Translations under genes and position numbers: made by a program
Notes under the pieces: model-generated
Databases searched by the model: none
What the model saw: the letters and a program-made list of their open reading frames with translations, nothing else
Told to the model about the DNA's origin: nothing
DNA from: Squalus acanthias
Taxonomy: Eukaryota
Length of the DNA stretch: 64,000 nt
Direction: 5' to 3'
Assembly: GCA_030390025.1 (NCBI GenBank)
Contig: CM059431.1
Coordinates: forward strand, 157,172,001 to 157,236,000
Shown: piece after piece, positions 33,901 to 47,269 of the stretch
How positions within the stretch are numbered: the stretch's first letter is position 1
How the letters are laid out: each line of letters begins with the position of its first letter

Positions 33901-36183
33901 GCCATTAACTCATCAACTTTGTTACGAATACTACGTGCATTCAGATAGAACTTTGAAATATGTTTTGTGACACTTAGTTCCTGCTTTTGCCCTTTTTATT
34001 ACTTTACCTTTTACTCCATACCTTCTGCCCCTTCCTGACACACTCTGGTTTTTAATTTCAATACTGCTACCTAAGTCTATGACCTTCTCTGTTGTCATTT
34101 TTATTATTTGCTCTCTAGGAATCTACCCCCCCCCCCCGCCGCCCCACTAGTTAGTTTAAAGCCCTCTCTACAGCCCTAATTATATGATCCGCCAGGACTC
34201 TGGTTCCAGCACTGTCCAAGTGAATCCCGTCCCAACGGAACAGCTCCCTCCTGCCCCAGTACTGGTGCCAGTGCCCCAGTAAGCAAAACCAATTTCTCCC
34301 AAACCAGTCTTTGAGCCACTCATTTAACTCTCTAATTTTATTTGTCCTAGCCAAATTCGCTCATGGCTTAGGTAATAATCCAGAGATTAATAACCTTGAG
34401 GTTCTGTTTTTTAATTTGACCCCTAGCTGCTCATACTCCTTTAACATAACTTGCTTCCTTGTCCTATCTACGTCGTTTGTACCAACATGGACCACGACAA
34501 CTGGATCCACCCCCTGCCACTGCAAGTTTCTTTCCAGCCCAGTTGAGATGTCCTTAACCCTGGCCATGGGCAGGCAACACAGCCTACGGGACTCTCGCTC
34601 TCGGCTGCAGAGAACTCTATCTATCCCCCTAATAATACTATCCCCTACCACTCCAACATTTCTATTTACTCCCCCCTCTTGAATGGCCCCCCGTTCCACG
34701 GTGCTGTGGCCAGGTTGTTCAGCCTCCCTGCAGCCCCTGCTCCCGTCCCCACGGGAGTAAGAACCTCGAACCTGTTGGACAAGAGCAAGGGCTGCGGCTC
34801 CTCCAACATTACCTCCTGGATCCCTGTACCTGCCTCAGTCGTAGTCACACCGTCCTGTCTCTGACCATGGGCTACATCTGAATTAATTAACTTCATAGGT
34901 GTGACCACCTCCTGAAACACAAAGTCCAGGTACTTCTCCCCCACCCTGATGTGTCAAAGTGTCTGAAGCTCAGTATCCAGCTCATCAATACGGAGATGGA
35001 GTTCCTGTAGCAGCAGGCACTTCTCACAGATGTAATCACCGTGAGCCTCAATGGGGTCCACCGGCTCCCACATCTCGCAACAGTAACACATATCCTGCTC
35101 CATTGTATGTAATTAATTACATTTTTTTATTGTTAGTTATGGACACTCTCTGCCCGATTATAGATACTAGTATCCCCTCTAATTAATTGGATTTAAATTA
35201 AATCAATCCCACTAAATGACACCAGTTAAATGGTTTACCAACAGTCACTCTGCACCAGAAATGCCTTATTAACTATAACCAACAGAGTTTAAGTTTAAAA
35301 AGAGAGAAATAATCAACAACCAGTTACTTACCTGCTTTCTGGTGACGTCACACCTTGATTATTTTTACCTCTCTCGCTCCTTCCGAGTTCTGAGACTGGT
35401 CCCGCCTTACCTGGTCTCTGGAGCCTTTTAAGCCCTTTGCCGCCGCTTCGCCTCACACAGGTCCGTCGCCGCACCAGGAACCTGAGAAAGATGGAAAAAG
35501 GAAGGCACACCTCCCTCCCCGAACTCCCTCACTCACCAAACTCGCAGCTTAGCACTCTATTCCAAACCTACACTCTAGTCTCCCTTATTTATACTGCTGA
35601 GATTTAAATAAGTGAGCTCTCTGGCAGTTACAGAACCAGATTAGACCAGTTAATTCATTAATTACTATCACCTGCGCTCCAGCACAGAGCTTGCTTAGCC
35701 CTGCCCAAGCCAGGAAGAAACTTAAAACTTGAAACAGTAAATTTAAATGCTAATTGCAAGCACACAAGACTAGAATGTATAAAAATAAGAGATTAACCTT
35801 TAAGAGTTACTCCCTCACTCACCAAACTCGCAGCTTAGCACTCTATTCCAAATCTGCACTCCGTGACAAATTGCACTCTAGTCTCCCTTATTTATACTGC
35901 TGAGATTTAAATAAGTGAGCTCTCTGGCAGCTACAGAACCAGATTAGACCAGTTAATTAATTAATTACTATCACCTGCTCTCCAGCACACAGCTTGCTTC
36001 GCCCTGCCCAAGCCAGGAAGAAACTTAAAACTTGAAACAGTAAATTTAAATGCTAATTGCAAGCACACAAGCATAGAATTTATAAAAATAAGAGATTAAC
36101 CTTTAAGAGTTACTCCCTCACTCGCCAAACTCGCAGCTTAGCACTCTATTCTAAATCTGCACTCCGTGACAAACTGCACTCTA
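30925..36183 (-). mobile_element. Near-full-length CR1 LINE E2 (family-Z ORF2, second ORF1 type, long repetitive 5' region)
   Basis: ORF2 pieces 31349..31870, 32328..32681, 32713..32967 and 33145..33768. Esterase ORF1 pieces 34361..34699 (GDS, GTND) and 34151..34354 (DGIH). Tail AAGAACATAAGAACA at 30924. Possible GCTA TSD. The 5' limit is uncertain. Confidence 0.9.
35523..36183. repeat. Tandem duplication of a ~290-300-bp unit (~2.2 copies) at the 5' end of E2
   Basis: ACTCCCTCACTC(A/G)CCAAACTCGCAGCTTAGCACTCTATT at 35523, 35809 and 36112, with near-identical intervening sequence. Confidence 0.92.
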
Positions 36184-36509
36184 GCTACGGTGCTATCACA
36201 CTCTCGGGAAACTTTAGCTTGTCTTGCTTCTGTCAAACGGGCGATAGAGGCTCAGTGATCAACCTCTCGATTGGGTGTCCGATATTGTGCGTTGTAAAAG
36301 TTAAAGTCACCCCCAATACTTAAAGATGGAATCAGCATATTACCAAAATCCTCACGGGAGGTAGGAAACGTGTTTTCAGATTCGACGCCATGGTGCAATG
36401 TGTAGCTTGATAGAAGTTCAAACTATTATAATAGCGGTGCATTCATGGACAGACATGGTAAACCACAACCTCGTTTTCCGGCTTTGCTAACCCGGTTTTG
36501 TTTCCTGGC

Positions 36510-36930
36510 ACATATGAAATAAGGGCAGGAATAGGCCACTTGGCCCCTCGAGCCTGCTCCGCCATTCAATAAGATTATGGCTGAGCTTGGGCTCAAAGCC
36601 ACTTCCCTGCCCGTTCCCCATAAGCCTTCATCCCTGTCTCTTGCAAAAATCTGTCTATCTCCACCTTAAATGTATTTAATGACCCAGCCTCCACAGCTCT
36701 CTGGGGCAGAGAATTTCACAGATTTACGACCCTCTCAGAGAAGAAATTCCTCCTCACCTCAGTTCTGAAAGCGTGACGCTTTATTCTGAAACTATGCTCC
36801 CGAGTTCTAGTTTTTCCAACGAGGGGAAACATCCTCGCTGCATATACCTTGTTCAGCCCCCCTCAGTATCTTATATTGTTCAAGTAATATCACTTCTAAT
36901 TCTTCTAAATTACAATGAGTATAGGCAAAC
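36510..36930 (-). mobile_element. CR1 3' end fragment
   Basis: GCAGGAATAGGCCACTTGGCCCCTCGAGCCTGCTCCGCCATTCAATAAG tail signature. Confidence 0.85.
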
Positions 36931-37169
36931 ATTATAAACGACAGAATATTAACATTTTCTAGATTGCAGTGCCATGGAGAAAGAGCGGGGAAGTGGGTCT
37001 AATTGGCTCGCTCTTTCTAAGAGCGGCATAGGCACGATGGGGCGAAAGTCATTCTACGGTACTAAGATTTTATCCATATATTTACCGTCAAGAACATAGG
37101 AACAGGAATAGGCCATTCATTCCCTCGAGTTCATTCCGCCATTCAAAGATATCATGCCTGATTACTTTA

Positions 37170-39450
37170 ATTTCACTAAGTGCTCAGTCACTCTTTTCCT
37201 ATTTATAGTTTCCTATAATTTCCCGCAGCTAATGTTAGACTTAAAGGCTTATAATTTCCTGGTTGCTCTCTCTCAACATTCTGAAATAATGGAGTCACAT
37301 TTCTAATTTCCAATTTAAGGAACATTTGGTGAATCAAAAGAGCTTTGAAAGATTGTGGCCAAAGCCTTTGCAACTTCAACACCTAATAACTTTTAAATCT
37401 TTGAATAGAAACCAACAGTTCCGTTGGATTCGTCAGACCTTAGTACCATTATATTTTCTAATTCTGTTTTTCTGATTGTGATAACTTCAGCGATTGCCAG
37501 TGCCAGTCCCAATAGTTTCCCTAGAATGTCCTCTTCTCTGAACACTGATGTGAAGTAATTATTCAACAAGTCTACTATTGCCTTATTTTTATTTGTTATA
37601 TTACACACATCTGTTTTAAAGGGCACATATTCCGCAAGACTACCCTTTTTCTTCTACTGTAATTGTAAAAACGTTTTTGTGTTAATCTTGATAACTCCCG
37701 CAAACTTATTTTCATATTCCCTTGTAGCACCACCTTTTTGTCTTCTTTTGCTGTTCTTTATGCTGATCCCTGGAATTACACGATTCTTTACACTTTTGCA
37801 TGCTCTTTCCTTTAGTTTTGTGTTATCTCGAAACTCTTTTCTCGATCATGGCTGGGTTTTTTTACAAGTAGATATCGTGCCACTTCGGGGTATGTACTGG
37901 TCCTGCATTAAGCTGAATTTTGTTTTGAACATCTCCCACTGATTATCTGCAGTTTTACCTGATGATAGGTTGAGCCATTTTGCTGTCGTCAGTTTCTGTC
38001 CATACCACGGCCCGTACCACGAATTAGAATCTTAGTGGCAGTGTTCATATCCTCTTTTGAAAACTAAAATTGAATTTTATCATCTTAAGATCACTGTTAG
38101 ATAAATGTTCTCTTACTGTTAGATTATTAAGGAAGACTGGCTGTTCATTTAACACTCATTTTAGTATCTACTGCCCTCTTGTTGTTTCTCGAGCTCTAAA
38201 ACAACCTACCATGAATGCACTGAATAAATTCCCTACATTTCTAACTTGACCTAATCTACTCTTCTTAATCTTTCTGAAAATTATATTCTCCAATTAAAAC
38301 AACTCTTATTTTGCAACAAGCTTCTGTAATATTTGAACTTGCACATTCTACCACTCCATTGTTCCTATCAGGATCTCTCGAGAACTCCCATTATAGGTTT
38401 ACGTTCTCTTTTATTGGTAATTTCTAACCAATCTGTCAGCTGATTGATTTCACCTCCCTATATCCTCTCTTATTCATGCTGTAATAATATATTAAATCAA
38501 CAAGTTTACCAATCCTCCTCTTCCAGCTTCCTATCCTTACTAAAGACAATATAACCTAGGATATTTAAATCCTAATACTGAACAGCTTGCAGCGATCTCT
38601 CAGTAATGGCCAACAAATCACACCCTCGAATCTGTATTTCAGCCTCAAATTCACTCAATGTATCTCTTATACTCCAAGCGTTAGTATATAAGACAGAATT
38701 CTGGCCAAGAGACCCTACCCTATCATTCTACGCTGATGCTGTTTTTCATAAACTGTTTACTGAACACGGTTATCACTTGTCACGCCTCCTGTAACTTATT
38801 TAGTTACTTGAGGATTAATTTCGTGTGTAGAATCTATATCACTGCTTGTGACCTGAACTTTGCTTTTATCTCTTTTTTAAAAAGAATGAACTATCATTTT
38901 TACTACTGTGTCTGACGTAATCCTTCTCCCATGTTTTAGTTTACAGTACTTTTATTCCACCTGGTCATCATTTCCGCTAAGACTTTGGTCCCATCCCGGT
39001 TCAGAAGGAGCCGAGCCCAATGGTACACCTTCTTCCTGTCGAGGTACTGTTGCCGGTGTCCCACGAAATCGTACCCCTCCTTCCCTTAAATACTCATTTT
39101 GCCACGTGCTCATTTTCCTGGTCTGTTTGCCCCGTTGCTGATTACTACGTGGCTCCGGTAATAACTCTAAAATGAATACCCTTCATGTTCTGCGTTTTAG
39201 TTTAGCTCCGAACTCGTGATACTTCCTCTGCAGGAATTTCTACACTTTCAATCCTTTGTCATTGGTCCAATCATGGACCACAACAACTGGATCTTCCCCT
39301 TACTTTCCAAATTCCTTTCAGAAGCATGGAGCTATCACTTACCCAGCCATCATGTAGACAACACATTCTTCGGTACTCTAGCTCGTGGTTACAGAGGATG
39401 CCCTTATTTTTGACTCCCTCATAAATACAAAATTTCCAATCAGCTCCTCC
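37170..39450 (-). mobile_element. Old, heavily decayed CR1 LINE (ORF1 esterase, EN and start of RT)
   Basis: ORF 37393..37626 has LLNNYFTSVFREED. 38540-38690 resembles the ITETWL/IPGY region and 38980-39400 resembles the esterase region of other copies. Confidence 0.65.
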
Positions 39451-39689
39451 CGTCTGCCTAGATCAGCATTGTGGCTGTCCTCCCCGCATTCTTTCTCCTT
39501 ATCCTGACAGGAATCATGCACATCATACCATTTGCATTGGACCAAGTCTGCGGGCCGTCCACCTCCATCTCCAATGAGTTCCTCGTACCGTGCTGGCAGT
39601 CACACTCTCCCCTTCCTGCACCTGCGTTTTCCTCTGATCTGAGACTGCACACTGATACTGCCATTTTAAGTTTTCATCATAGAATAATG

Positions 39690-40100
39690 TAGTACGGATT
39701 GAGGCCATTCTTTCCATCGTGTTTGCGCCAGCTCTTTTGTAGAGATTTCTAATTATCCCAGTCCACTTCTCTATCAGCATAACCCTGTATTTTTTACCTT
39801 CAATTTATTTATTCAATTGCTTTGAGAAGATCACTATGTAATCCTCTTCCAACTCCCTTTCCGACAGTACATTCAAGATCTTAATAACTCGCTGCATAAA
39901 ATGATGTTTCCTCATGCAGCCTCTGCTTTTTCCCAATCTTCTGAAACTGTGTCTTCTGTGTATCAACCATTCAGCCACTGCAATTACTTTCACCTTAATT
40001 ACACTACAAAACCATTCATTGTTTTGAACATTTGTATCAAATCTGATGGGAATATTCTCTGCTTTAAGTGGATCAACCTAAGCTTCTCCAATACAATTCC
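39690..40100 (-). mobile_element. Old CR1 3' end fragment
   Basis: ORFs 39805..39993 (FMQRVIKILNVL) and 39999..40181 (LEKLRL..DLIQMFKTMNG). Confidence 0.7.
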
Positions 40101-40104
40101 ATAC

Positions 40105-42257
40105 ATTATGGCGAACCTGACAGATGTTGACGGTGACTCACAGTACATCTGGAATCTTGCTAGGTGTGTATTTGGTTCCACAGTTTATCGGGATCGTGCC
40201 AACTAATCTTGCAGTTTCACAGTTTGTCACGATGCTACCGGGTCAGTGTTTTGTTTCAGAATGTATCAGCATCCTAACATATGTGTACGGGATTTCACCA
40301 CGTATCAGGATCCTGCCAAGTGTGTACTGGGTTTCAGAAAATCTTGATCCTGAATGGTGTGTACCAGGTTTCACAGTTTATCGGGATCCTGCCGGTGTGA
40401 GTGGGGTATCATAGTGCATCAGGAAATGCCATGAATGTACGGGCTTTCAAATTTTGTCGGGATCCTATCAGGTATCTTCGGATTCAACAGTGTATCAGGA
40501 TCCTGCCAGGTGCGTATGAGGGTTCCCAGTTTATCAGCAACCTTCCATTTGTGTTTGGGGTTTTGATTGTAACGGGAATCTGCGAAATATATATGGGGTT
40601 TTAAAGTATATAAGGATTCTGTCATAATATGTAGGGGGTGGTAATGGGGTCAGCCTTCACTTTCTGACTCAGTGAGCGGTTCGAATCGCTCCCACACCCC
40701 TCTGGTTCCTAGACTTTGGACTTAGTTAGTGGTTGTGAACAAAATTGCAGTAGACAACAGGTTCTAATGAAATAATTTTTACTTTATTAAAAGAAAAAGG
40801 TAACAAACTTAAAACACACTTAATACTTAAACACAGATTGGGGAGCACACGGTACAGGCGAGAGAGAAGACAATATACCAAACAAAAACTTTATCCCTCC
40901 CAAAGATCCCACTATCTAGATAGGTTTTTGGTTTCAGGAGATCAGAGATAATGCTCACCAACGAATGCTTGGCAGGATTTTAGAGTCTTTTGTTTAAAAG
41001 ATTTCGTAAGGATCTTGTTGCTGCGAGATGTCCGATGGTCACTGAGGCAGTCGCTCTGGTTTCTTCTTGTGTGCTGGTCTGTTTGCTGGCCTTGCTCCTC
41101 GTGGCTTGTAGTGGTTTTTGCTGGAGCAGGGAGCGAGCTGTGTCAGCGTAGTCAGCGAGTCCAAAAGAGAGAGAAGTTTTGGGACAGGCTTTCAAATATA
41201 CTGACATTTTTTCGCGTCCAAAAACCCCCTACTCAAACGTTTCCTTTAGGTTGCAAATGAGCCTTGGTTCGTCCATTGTGTAGTTTTGGCCGGCTTTCCA
41301 GTTCCGATGGCTTTAGCTCAGTGTTAAACATGTCTTGATCGTTTTCCGATTTAACCCAGCCTTATCTACACGCCAAATCTCAACCCTATTGTGCTAGGTC
41401 TATTGGCGGGATTTTAAATCTGTTCTGCGGATACCTGGTTGATTGGTTTTTGATGAAGTACTAAATGTTTTATTGATTTCAGGCTTCTGGTATCCTGTTT
41501 GGGCCTGGGAATCTCAAAAGGGGGTCTTGGATTATTCATATTTCGCTGTGTGTGTGAGGCTTTGGGTTTGTCTCTTCCTCCTTGGTAGGATTGCAGTGTA
41601 AATAATTCCCAGACAGCTTGATTGGGCCCCAATACCCAAAGCTGTCCACTGCCTGGCTGCGCCCCTCCGCAGCCGGTCTTGTGTCTGTGAAAGGTTTCTT
41701 TCCAAACAGTATGATTCAAAAGTCATTTTCCTCAGAGTTTTTCTTCCCTGATCTTTAAAATGTCCAAGACTGAGGTTTTTACATCAAATCACTTCACTTA
41801 GGTCTGAAAGGTCCAAAAATCACTCCTTTTAGGGTTATTTTCGTGTTTCTGGGGGATTTTGCGAAGCCTACAAATATGAAGGGTTTTTACTGTATATAGC
41901 GATCATGCCAGGTGTGTATCGGGTTTCACATTGTATCTGGATCCTGCCACGTGTGCAAAGGCTTCACAGTGTATCGGGATCCTGCCAGGTGTGTATGGGA
42001 TTTCACAGTTTATCAGGATCCTGCCAGGTGTGTATGCGGTTTCACAGTGTATCAGGAACCTGCAAGTTATATATGGTACTTCACTGTAAATCGGTATCCA
42101 GCCAGATGTGCACGGTGTTTCAAAAACTAACAGGTACCTTCAAAAAATGTATGGGGTGTTAGAGTGTATTAGGATTCTGCAAGTTGTGTATGAAGATTCG
42201 CAGTCTATCGAATCCTGCCAGGTTTGTATGGGGCCTCACAGTTTATCAGAATTCAAT
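40105..42257. repeat. Degenerate ~39-bp minisatellite (about GGGTTTCACAGTGTATCGGGATCCTGCCAGGTGTGTATG), split by a solo LTR
   Basis: TTCACAG recurs at 41963, 42002 and 42041. Similar units lie at 40105-40629 and 41873-42257. Confidence 0.88.
40630..41872 (-). mobile_element. Solo LTR (1243 bp) of an LTR retroelement or endogenous retrovirus
   Basis: Termini TGTAGG...CCTACA (6-bp inverted repeat, TG..CA) flanked by the 4-bp TSD AATA (40626-40629 and 41873-41876). It interrupts the minisatellite. A minus-strand AATAAA at ~40783-40788 suggests the orientation. Confidence 0.85.
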
Positions 42258-42570
42258 CAGTTTCTGCTCCTGCCACAAACCGAAACGGATATTATCAAAA
42301 TCACAAAAGACATCCTTTGTGATTGTCACAAAGGTAAACTCTCTCTCCTCGTACTTCTCGACCTGTCTGCAGCCTTTGACACGGTTTACCACTCCATCTT
42401 ACTGCAATGCCTCTCCACCGTCGTCCAGCTGTGTGGGACTGCAATACTCTGGTTCTATTCATATCTCTATAATCGTAGCCAGCGAATCACCTGCAATGGC
42501 TTTTCTTCCCGCTCCCGCAGCGTTACCTCTGGTGCACCCTCCTCCCATGGATCTATACTTGGCCCCCTCC
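42258..42570 (+). mobile_element. L2-clade LINE RT fragment
   Basis: ORF 42108..42584 contains LLVLLDLSAAFDTVYHSILL...WFYSYLYNRSQ...GSILGPLL, typical of L2-clade RT. Confidence 0.85.
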
Positions 42571-43070
42571 TCATAGAGTCATAGAGTCATAACGGCACAG
42601 AAGGAGGCCATTCGGCCCATCGAGTCCATGCCGTCTCTCTGTACAGCAATTCAGACAGTCCCTTTCCCCTGCTCTATCCCCGTAGCCCTGCAAGATTATT
42701 TCCCTCAAGTGCCTATCCAGTTTCCACTGAAAAACATTGGTGTCTCCGCTTCAACCAGTTCCGCCGGCAGCGAGTTCCAGGTCCACAACACTCGCTGTGG
42801 AAGTATGTTTTTACTCACAACCCCCCTGTATCTCTTGCCAAAACCTTGTATCTGTGATCCCTAGTCCTTGTGGCATCAGGTAGTGGGAACAGCCTTTTCC
42901 CATATAGCCTATCCAAGCCGGTCATAATCTTGTACACTTCTATCAAATCACCCCTCAAACTCCTTTGTCGTATGAAAACAAATCCAGCTTTTCTAACTTG
43001 TCGTTGTAGCTCACATACCCCATCCCCTGAACCATTCTGGTAATTCTCCTCTGCACCCTCTCAAGGGCAT
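42571..43070 (-). mobile_element. CR1 3' end fragment
   Basis: (TCATAGAG)n tail at 42571 and ALERVQRRITRMV..SYNDKLEKLDLFS in ORF 42955..43194. Confidence 0.85.
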
Positions 43071-45630
43071 TCACAATAGCAATACTGTCGGACAGAGTAA
43101 TAATCAACAAATAATGGAGGCCTGTAAAAATGGTACGGTAATAATCATGGGTGATTTTAATCTCCATATTGATTGGAAAAATCAAATTGGCCATGGTAGC
43201 GTTGAGCAGGAGTTCACAGATTGCATCCGGGATGGCTTCCTAGAACAGTATGTAATGGAATCAACCAGGGAGCAGGCTATCTTGGATCTGGTACTGTATA
43301 ATGAGGTAGAATTAAGAACTCATCTCATAATAAAGGATCCTCTAGGAAAGAGTGGACATAGCATGGTTGAATTTTAAATTCAGTTGGAGGGTGACAAAGT
43401 TGTACATCAAACCAGTGTCCTGATCTTAATCAAAAACAATTACAATGGCATCAGGGCAGAATTGGCTAAAGTGGACGTGAACAATAAATTAAAGTGTAAG
43501 ACAGTTGAAATGCTGTGGCAGGCATTTAAGGTGATATTTCATAACTCTCAACAAAAATATATTCCAGTGTCAGAGAAAGATCTTAAGAGAAGGGAACATC
43601 ATCCGTGGCTAACCAAGGAAGTAAAGGATGGTATCAAATTGAAAATGAAGGCATACAATGTTGCCAAGATTGGTGGGAGGCCAGAGGATTGGAATTTTTT
43701 CAAAAACCATCCAATGATGATTACAAAAAATAATAAAGAGAGAGAAGATGAATTATGATAGTAACCTGGCAAGAAATATTAAAACAGTTAATAAGAGCTT
43801 CAATAGGAATATAAAAAGGAATAGAGTTGATAATGTAAAAGTTGGTCCCGTAGAGGATGAGACTGAAGAATTAATAATGGGGAACGGGGAAATGGCAGAG
43901 TCTCTGAAAAAATATTTTGTATCTGTCTTCACAGTGGAAGACACTAACAACATCCCAATAATGGATAATCAAGGGGCCACAGGGAGGGGGGAACTAAAGA
44001 CAATCACTATCACTAAGGAAAAAGTACTTGATAAAATAATGGGACTAAAAGATGACAAGACCACTGGACCAGAATGCCTGCATCCCAGGAAATTAAAAGA
44101 AGTGACTGCAGAGATAGTGGATGCATTGCTTACAATAAACCAAAATTCCATGGACTCTGGAGAGGTCACAGCGAATTGGAAAACCGCAAATGTAACACCC
44201 CTATTTAAGAAATGAGTGAGACAGAAACAGGAAACTATAGACCAGTTAGCCGAACATTTGTCGTTGGGAAAATGCTGGAATCCTTCATTAAGGAAGCAGT
44301 AGCAGGGTATTTGGAAACTCATAATGCAGTCAAGCAGAATCAGCATGGCTTTATGAAAGGAAATCATGTTTAGCACATTTACTGCAGTTCTTGGAGGATG
44401 TACCGAGCAGGTTGGAAAAAGGTGAGCCAGTGGATGTGGTGTATTTGTATTTAGAGAAGGCATTTGATAAGGTGCCACATGAAAGGTTACTGCATAAGAT
44501 AAGAGCTCACGGAGTTGGGGGTATTATATTAGAATGGATAGAGCATTGTCTCACTAAGAGAAAGCCGAGAGTCGGGATAAATGGGGCATTTTACGGTTGG
44601 AAAACGGTAACTAGTGGGGTGCCACAAGAATCGGTGCTGGGGCCTCAACTATTTCCAATCTACATTAATGACTTGGATGAATGGAGCGAGTGTAATGTAG
44701 CCAAGTTGGTGGAAGATACAAAGATGTGTGGGATAGCAAGTTGTGAAGAGGACTCAATAAATCTGCAACGTTATATCGACAGGCTATGTGAATGGGCAAA
44801 CATTTGGCAGATGAAGTATAATGTGGGAAAGTGCGAGGATATCCACTTTGGCAGGAAACATAAAAATTCAAATTATTATTTAAATGGAGAGAGATTACAA
44901 AATGTTACAGTTTAGAGGGACCTGGGGTTCCTTGTGCATGAAACACAAACAGTTAGCATGCAGGTGCAACAAGTAATCAAAAAGGCAAATGCAATGTTGG
45001 CCTTTATTTCAAGGGGGTTAGACTGTAAAAGCAGGGAAGTCCTGCTACAACTGTACAGCGTATTGGTGAAACCACACCTCGAGTACTGCGTACAGTTTTG
45101 GTGTCCTTATTTAAGGAAGGATATACTTGCATTGGAGGCAGTTCAGAGACGATTCACTAGGTTAATTCCAGAGATGAAGGGGTTGATTAATGAGCAGGTT
45201 GGGCCTATACTCATTGGAAGTTAGAAGAATGTGAGGTGATCTTATTGAAACATATGAGATACTGAGGGTGCTCGACAAGGTAGATGCAGAGAGGATGATT
45301 CCCATCGTGGGGAAATCTAGAACTCATGGGCATAGTTTCAGAATAAAGGGTCGCCATTTTAGAACTGAGATGAGGAGGAATTTCTTCTCTCAGTGGATTG
45401 TAAATCTGTGGAATTCTCTGCCGCAGAGAACTGTGGAGGCTGGGTCATTAAATCCATTTAAGGTGAAGATAGAGACATTTTTTGCAAGATAAGGGAGTGA
45501 AGGGGTATGGGGAGCGGAGAGGGAAGTAGCTTAGAGCCCAAGATAAACGATGATCTGATTGAATGGCGGAGCAAGTTCGAGTTGCCAAGTGGCCTGTTCC
45601 TCCTCCTATTTCTTAAATTCTCATGTTTTT
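43070..45630 (+). mobile_element. 5'-truncated, decayed family-X-like CR1 (partial EN, RT, 3' UTR)
   Basis: ORFs spanning 43114..45492 with GDFN, GVPQESVLGP and HLEYCVQFW. 3' UTR at 45550-45630. Confidence 0.9.
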
Positions 45631-45639
45631 ATTCTTCCT

Positions 45640-46082
45640 AATGTGTCGTGACCAGAACTGGATACAATACTCCAGTTGAGGCCTAACCAGCGCTTTATAA
45701 TTTTTCAGCTTAACTTATTTACTTTTGTACTAAATACCTCTAATCATGAAGACCAAGATTCCATATGTTATGTTATCCACTCTCTCAATATGTCCTGACA
45801 CCTTCAGTGACCTATTCACATTAATTCCCAGGTCCCTCTGTCCCTGCACACTGTTTAAAATTTTGCCATTAAGTGTATATTGCCTCTCCCTGTTCCTTCT
45901 GCAAAAATGCATCACCTCACACTTCTTTGTATTAAATTCCATCTGCCACTTGTCTGCCCATTCTGCTAGCCTTTCTATGTCCTGTTGCAGTCGATTTGTA
46001 TCATCACCACTTTATGCACACACCCCGAAGTTTTGTGTCATTGGCAAATTTAGAAATTCTACGCTGTATTCCAATATGCATG

Positions 46083-46120
<38 letters not shown>

Positions 46121-46335
46121 CAGTGGCCCCAGCACTGAGCCTCGAGCAACACCACTGTCTACCATCCTCCAGTCTGAAAAAAGCCATTTACCACAACTCG
46201 CTGTTTTCCGTCCTTAAGCCAATTCCTTATCCAAGCTGCCACTGACCCAGCTATTCCATGAGCCTCAATTTTGTTAACCAGACTTCTATGTGGTACTTTG
46301 TTAAACGCCTTCCGAAAATCCATGTAGACAACTGT
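45640..46335 (-). mobile_element. CR1 RT fragment containing a (TA)n microsatellite at ~46087-46116
   Basis: ORFs 45730..45942 (MEFNTKKCEVMHF) and the VVYMDFRKAFNKVPH part of 46159..46548. Confidence 0.85.
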
Positions 46336-46369
46336 TCCTTTCATATACTCCGTTCTTGCTGTGCTCCCT

Positions 46370-47245
46370 CCATGTCCGCTCCTTCCGATCTCAGAAGTGG
46401 GAATGTTCGCTGATGATTGCAGTGTACAGTTCCATTCGCTACTGCTCAGATAATGAAGCAGTCTATGGCCGCATGCAGCAAGACCTGCACGACATTCAGG
46501 CTTGCCATTAGTGGCAAGTAATATTCGCGCCACACAAGTTCCAGGCAATGAATATCTCCAACAGGAGCGCGTCTAAACACCGCCCCTTGGCATTCAGTGG
46601 CATTAACATCTTGGGAGTGACCATTTTCCAGAAACGTAACTTGACTAGCCGCTTTAATATGTGGCTACAAGTGCAGGTTAGAGGCTGGCTATTCTGCGTT
46701 GAGTGCCTCACCTCAATGCACAAGTCAAGAGTGTGATGGAATAGTCCTGAATTGCCTGTATGAGTGCAGCTGTAACAACACTCAAGAAACTCGGCACAAC
46801 CAGTTCAAAGCAGCCCTCTTGATTAGCACTCTATACAACACCTTAAACTTTCACTTCCTCCACCGCCGGAGCACCGTGGGTGCAGTGTATATCATCTAAA
46901 ACATGCAGTGCAGCTCGCCAGGGATTCTGCGACAGCACCTCCCAAACCGGCGACCTTCACTACCGAGAAGGACAACGGCAGCAGATCACATGGGAATTCC
47001 ATCACCTCCAAGTTACCCTACAAGTCACACAACATTCTGACTTAGAAATATGTCGTAATTCCTTCATTGTCGCTGGGTCAAAATCCAGGTACTTCCTCCA
47101 TAACAGCACTGTGGGAGTACCTTCACCACACGGAATGCAGCGGCTAAAAGGCAGCTCACCACCACCTTCTCAAGAGCAATTAGGGGTTTAAAATTAATGA
47201 TGGCCTTACCAGTGACGCCCACATCCCAGTAACGAATGAAAAAAA
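46370..47245 (+). mobile_element. 3' part of the same L2/CR1-group LINE family as 10760-12705
   Basis: ATGTTCGCTGATGATTGC (MFADDC). It shares the 3' end AACAGCACTGTGGGAGTACCTTCACCACACGG...GACGCCCACATCCC. Confidence 0.85.
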
Positions 47246-47269
47246 TGTAATTGGGAATGTAGAAGGGGT

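Noticed and set aside
40105..42257. Regularly spaced ~39-bp repeats (also the 34-, 69- and 75-bp arrays) as possible CRISPR arrays
   Set aside because: Units are head-to-tail with no unique spacers, there are no cas genes, and the context is vertebrate.
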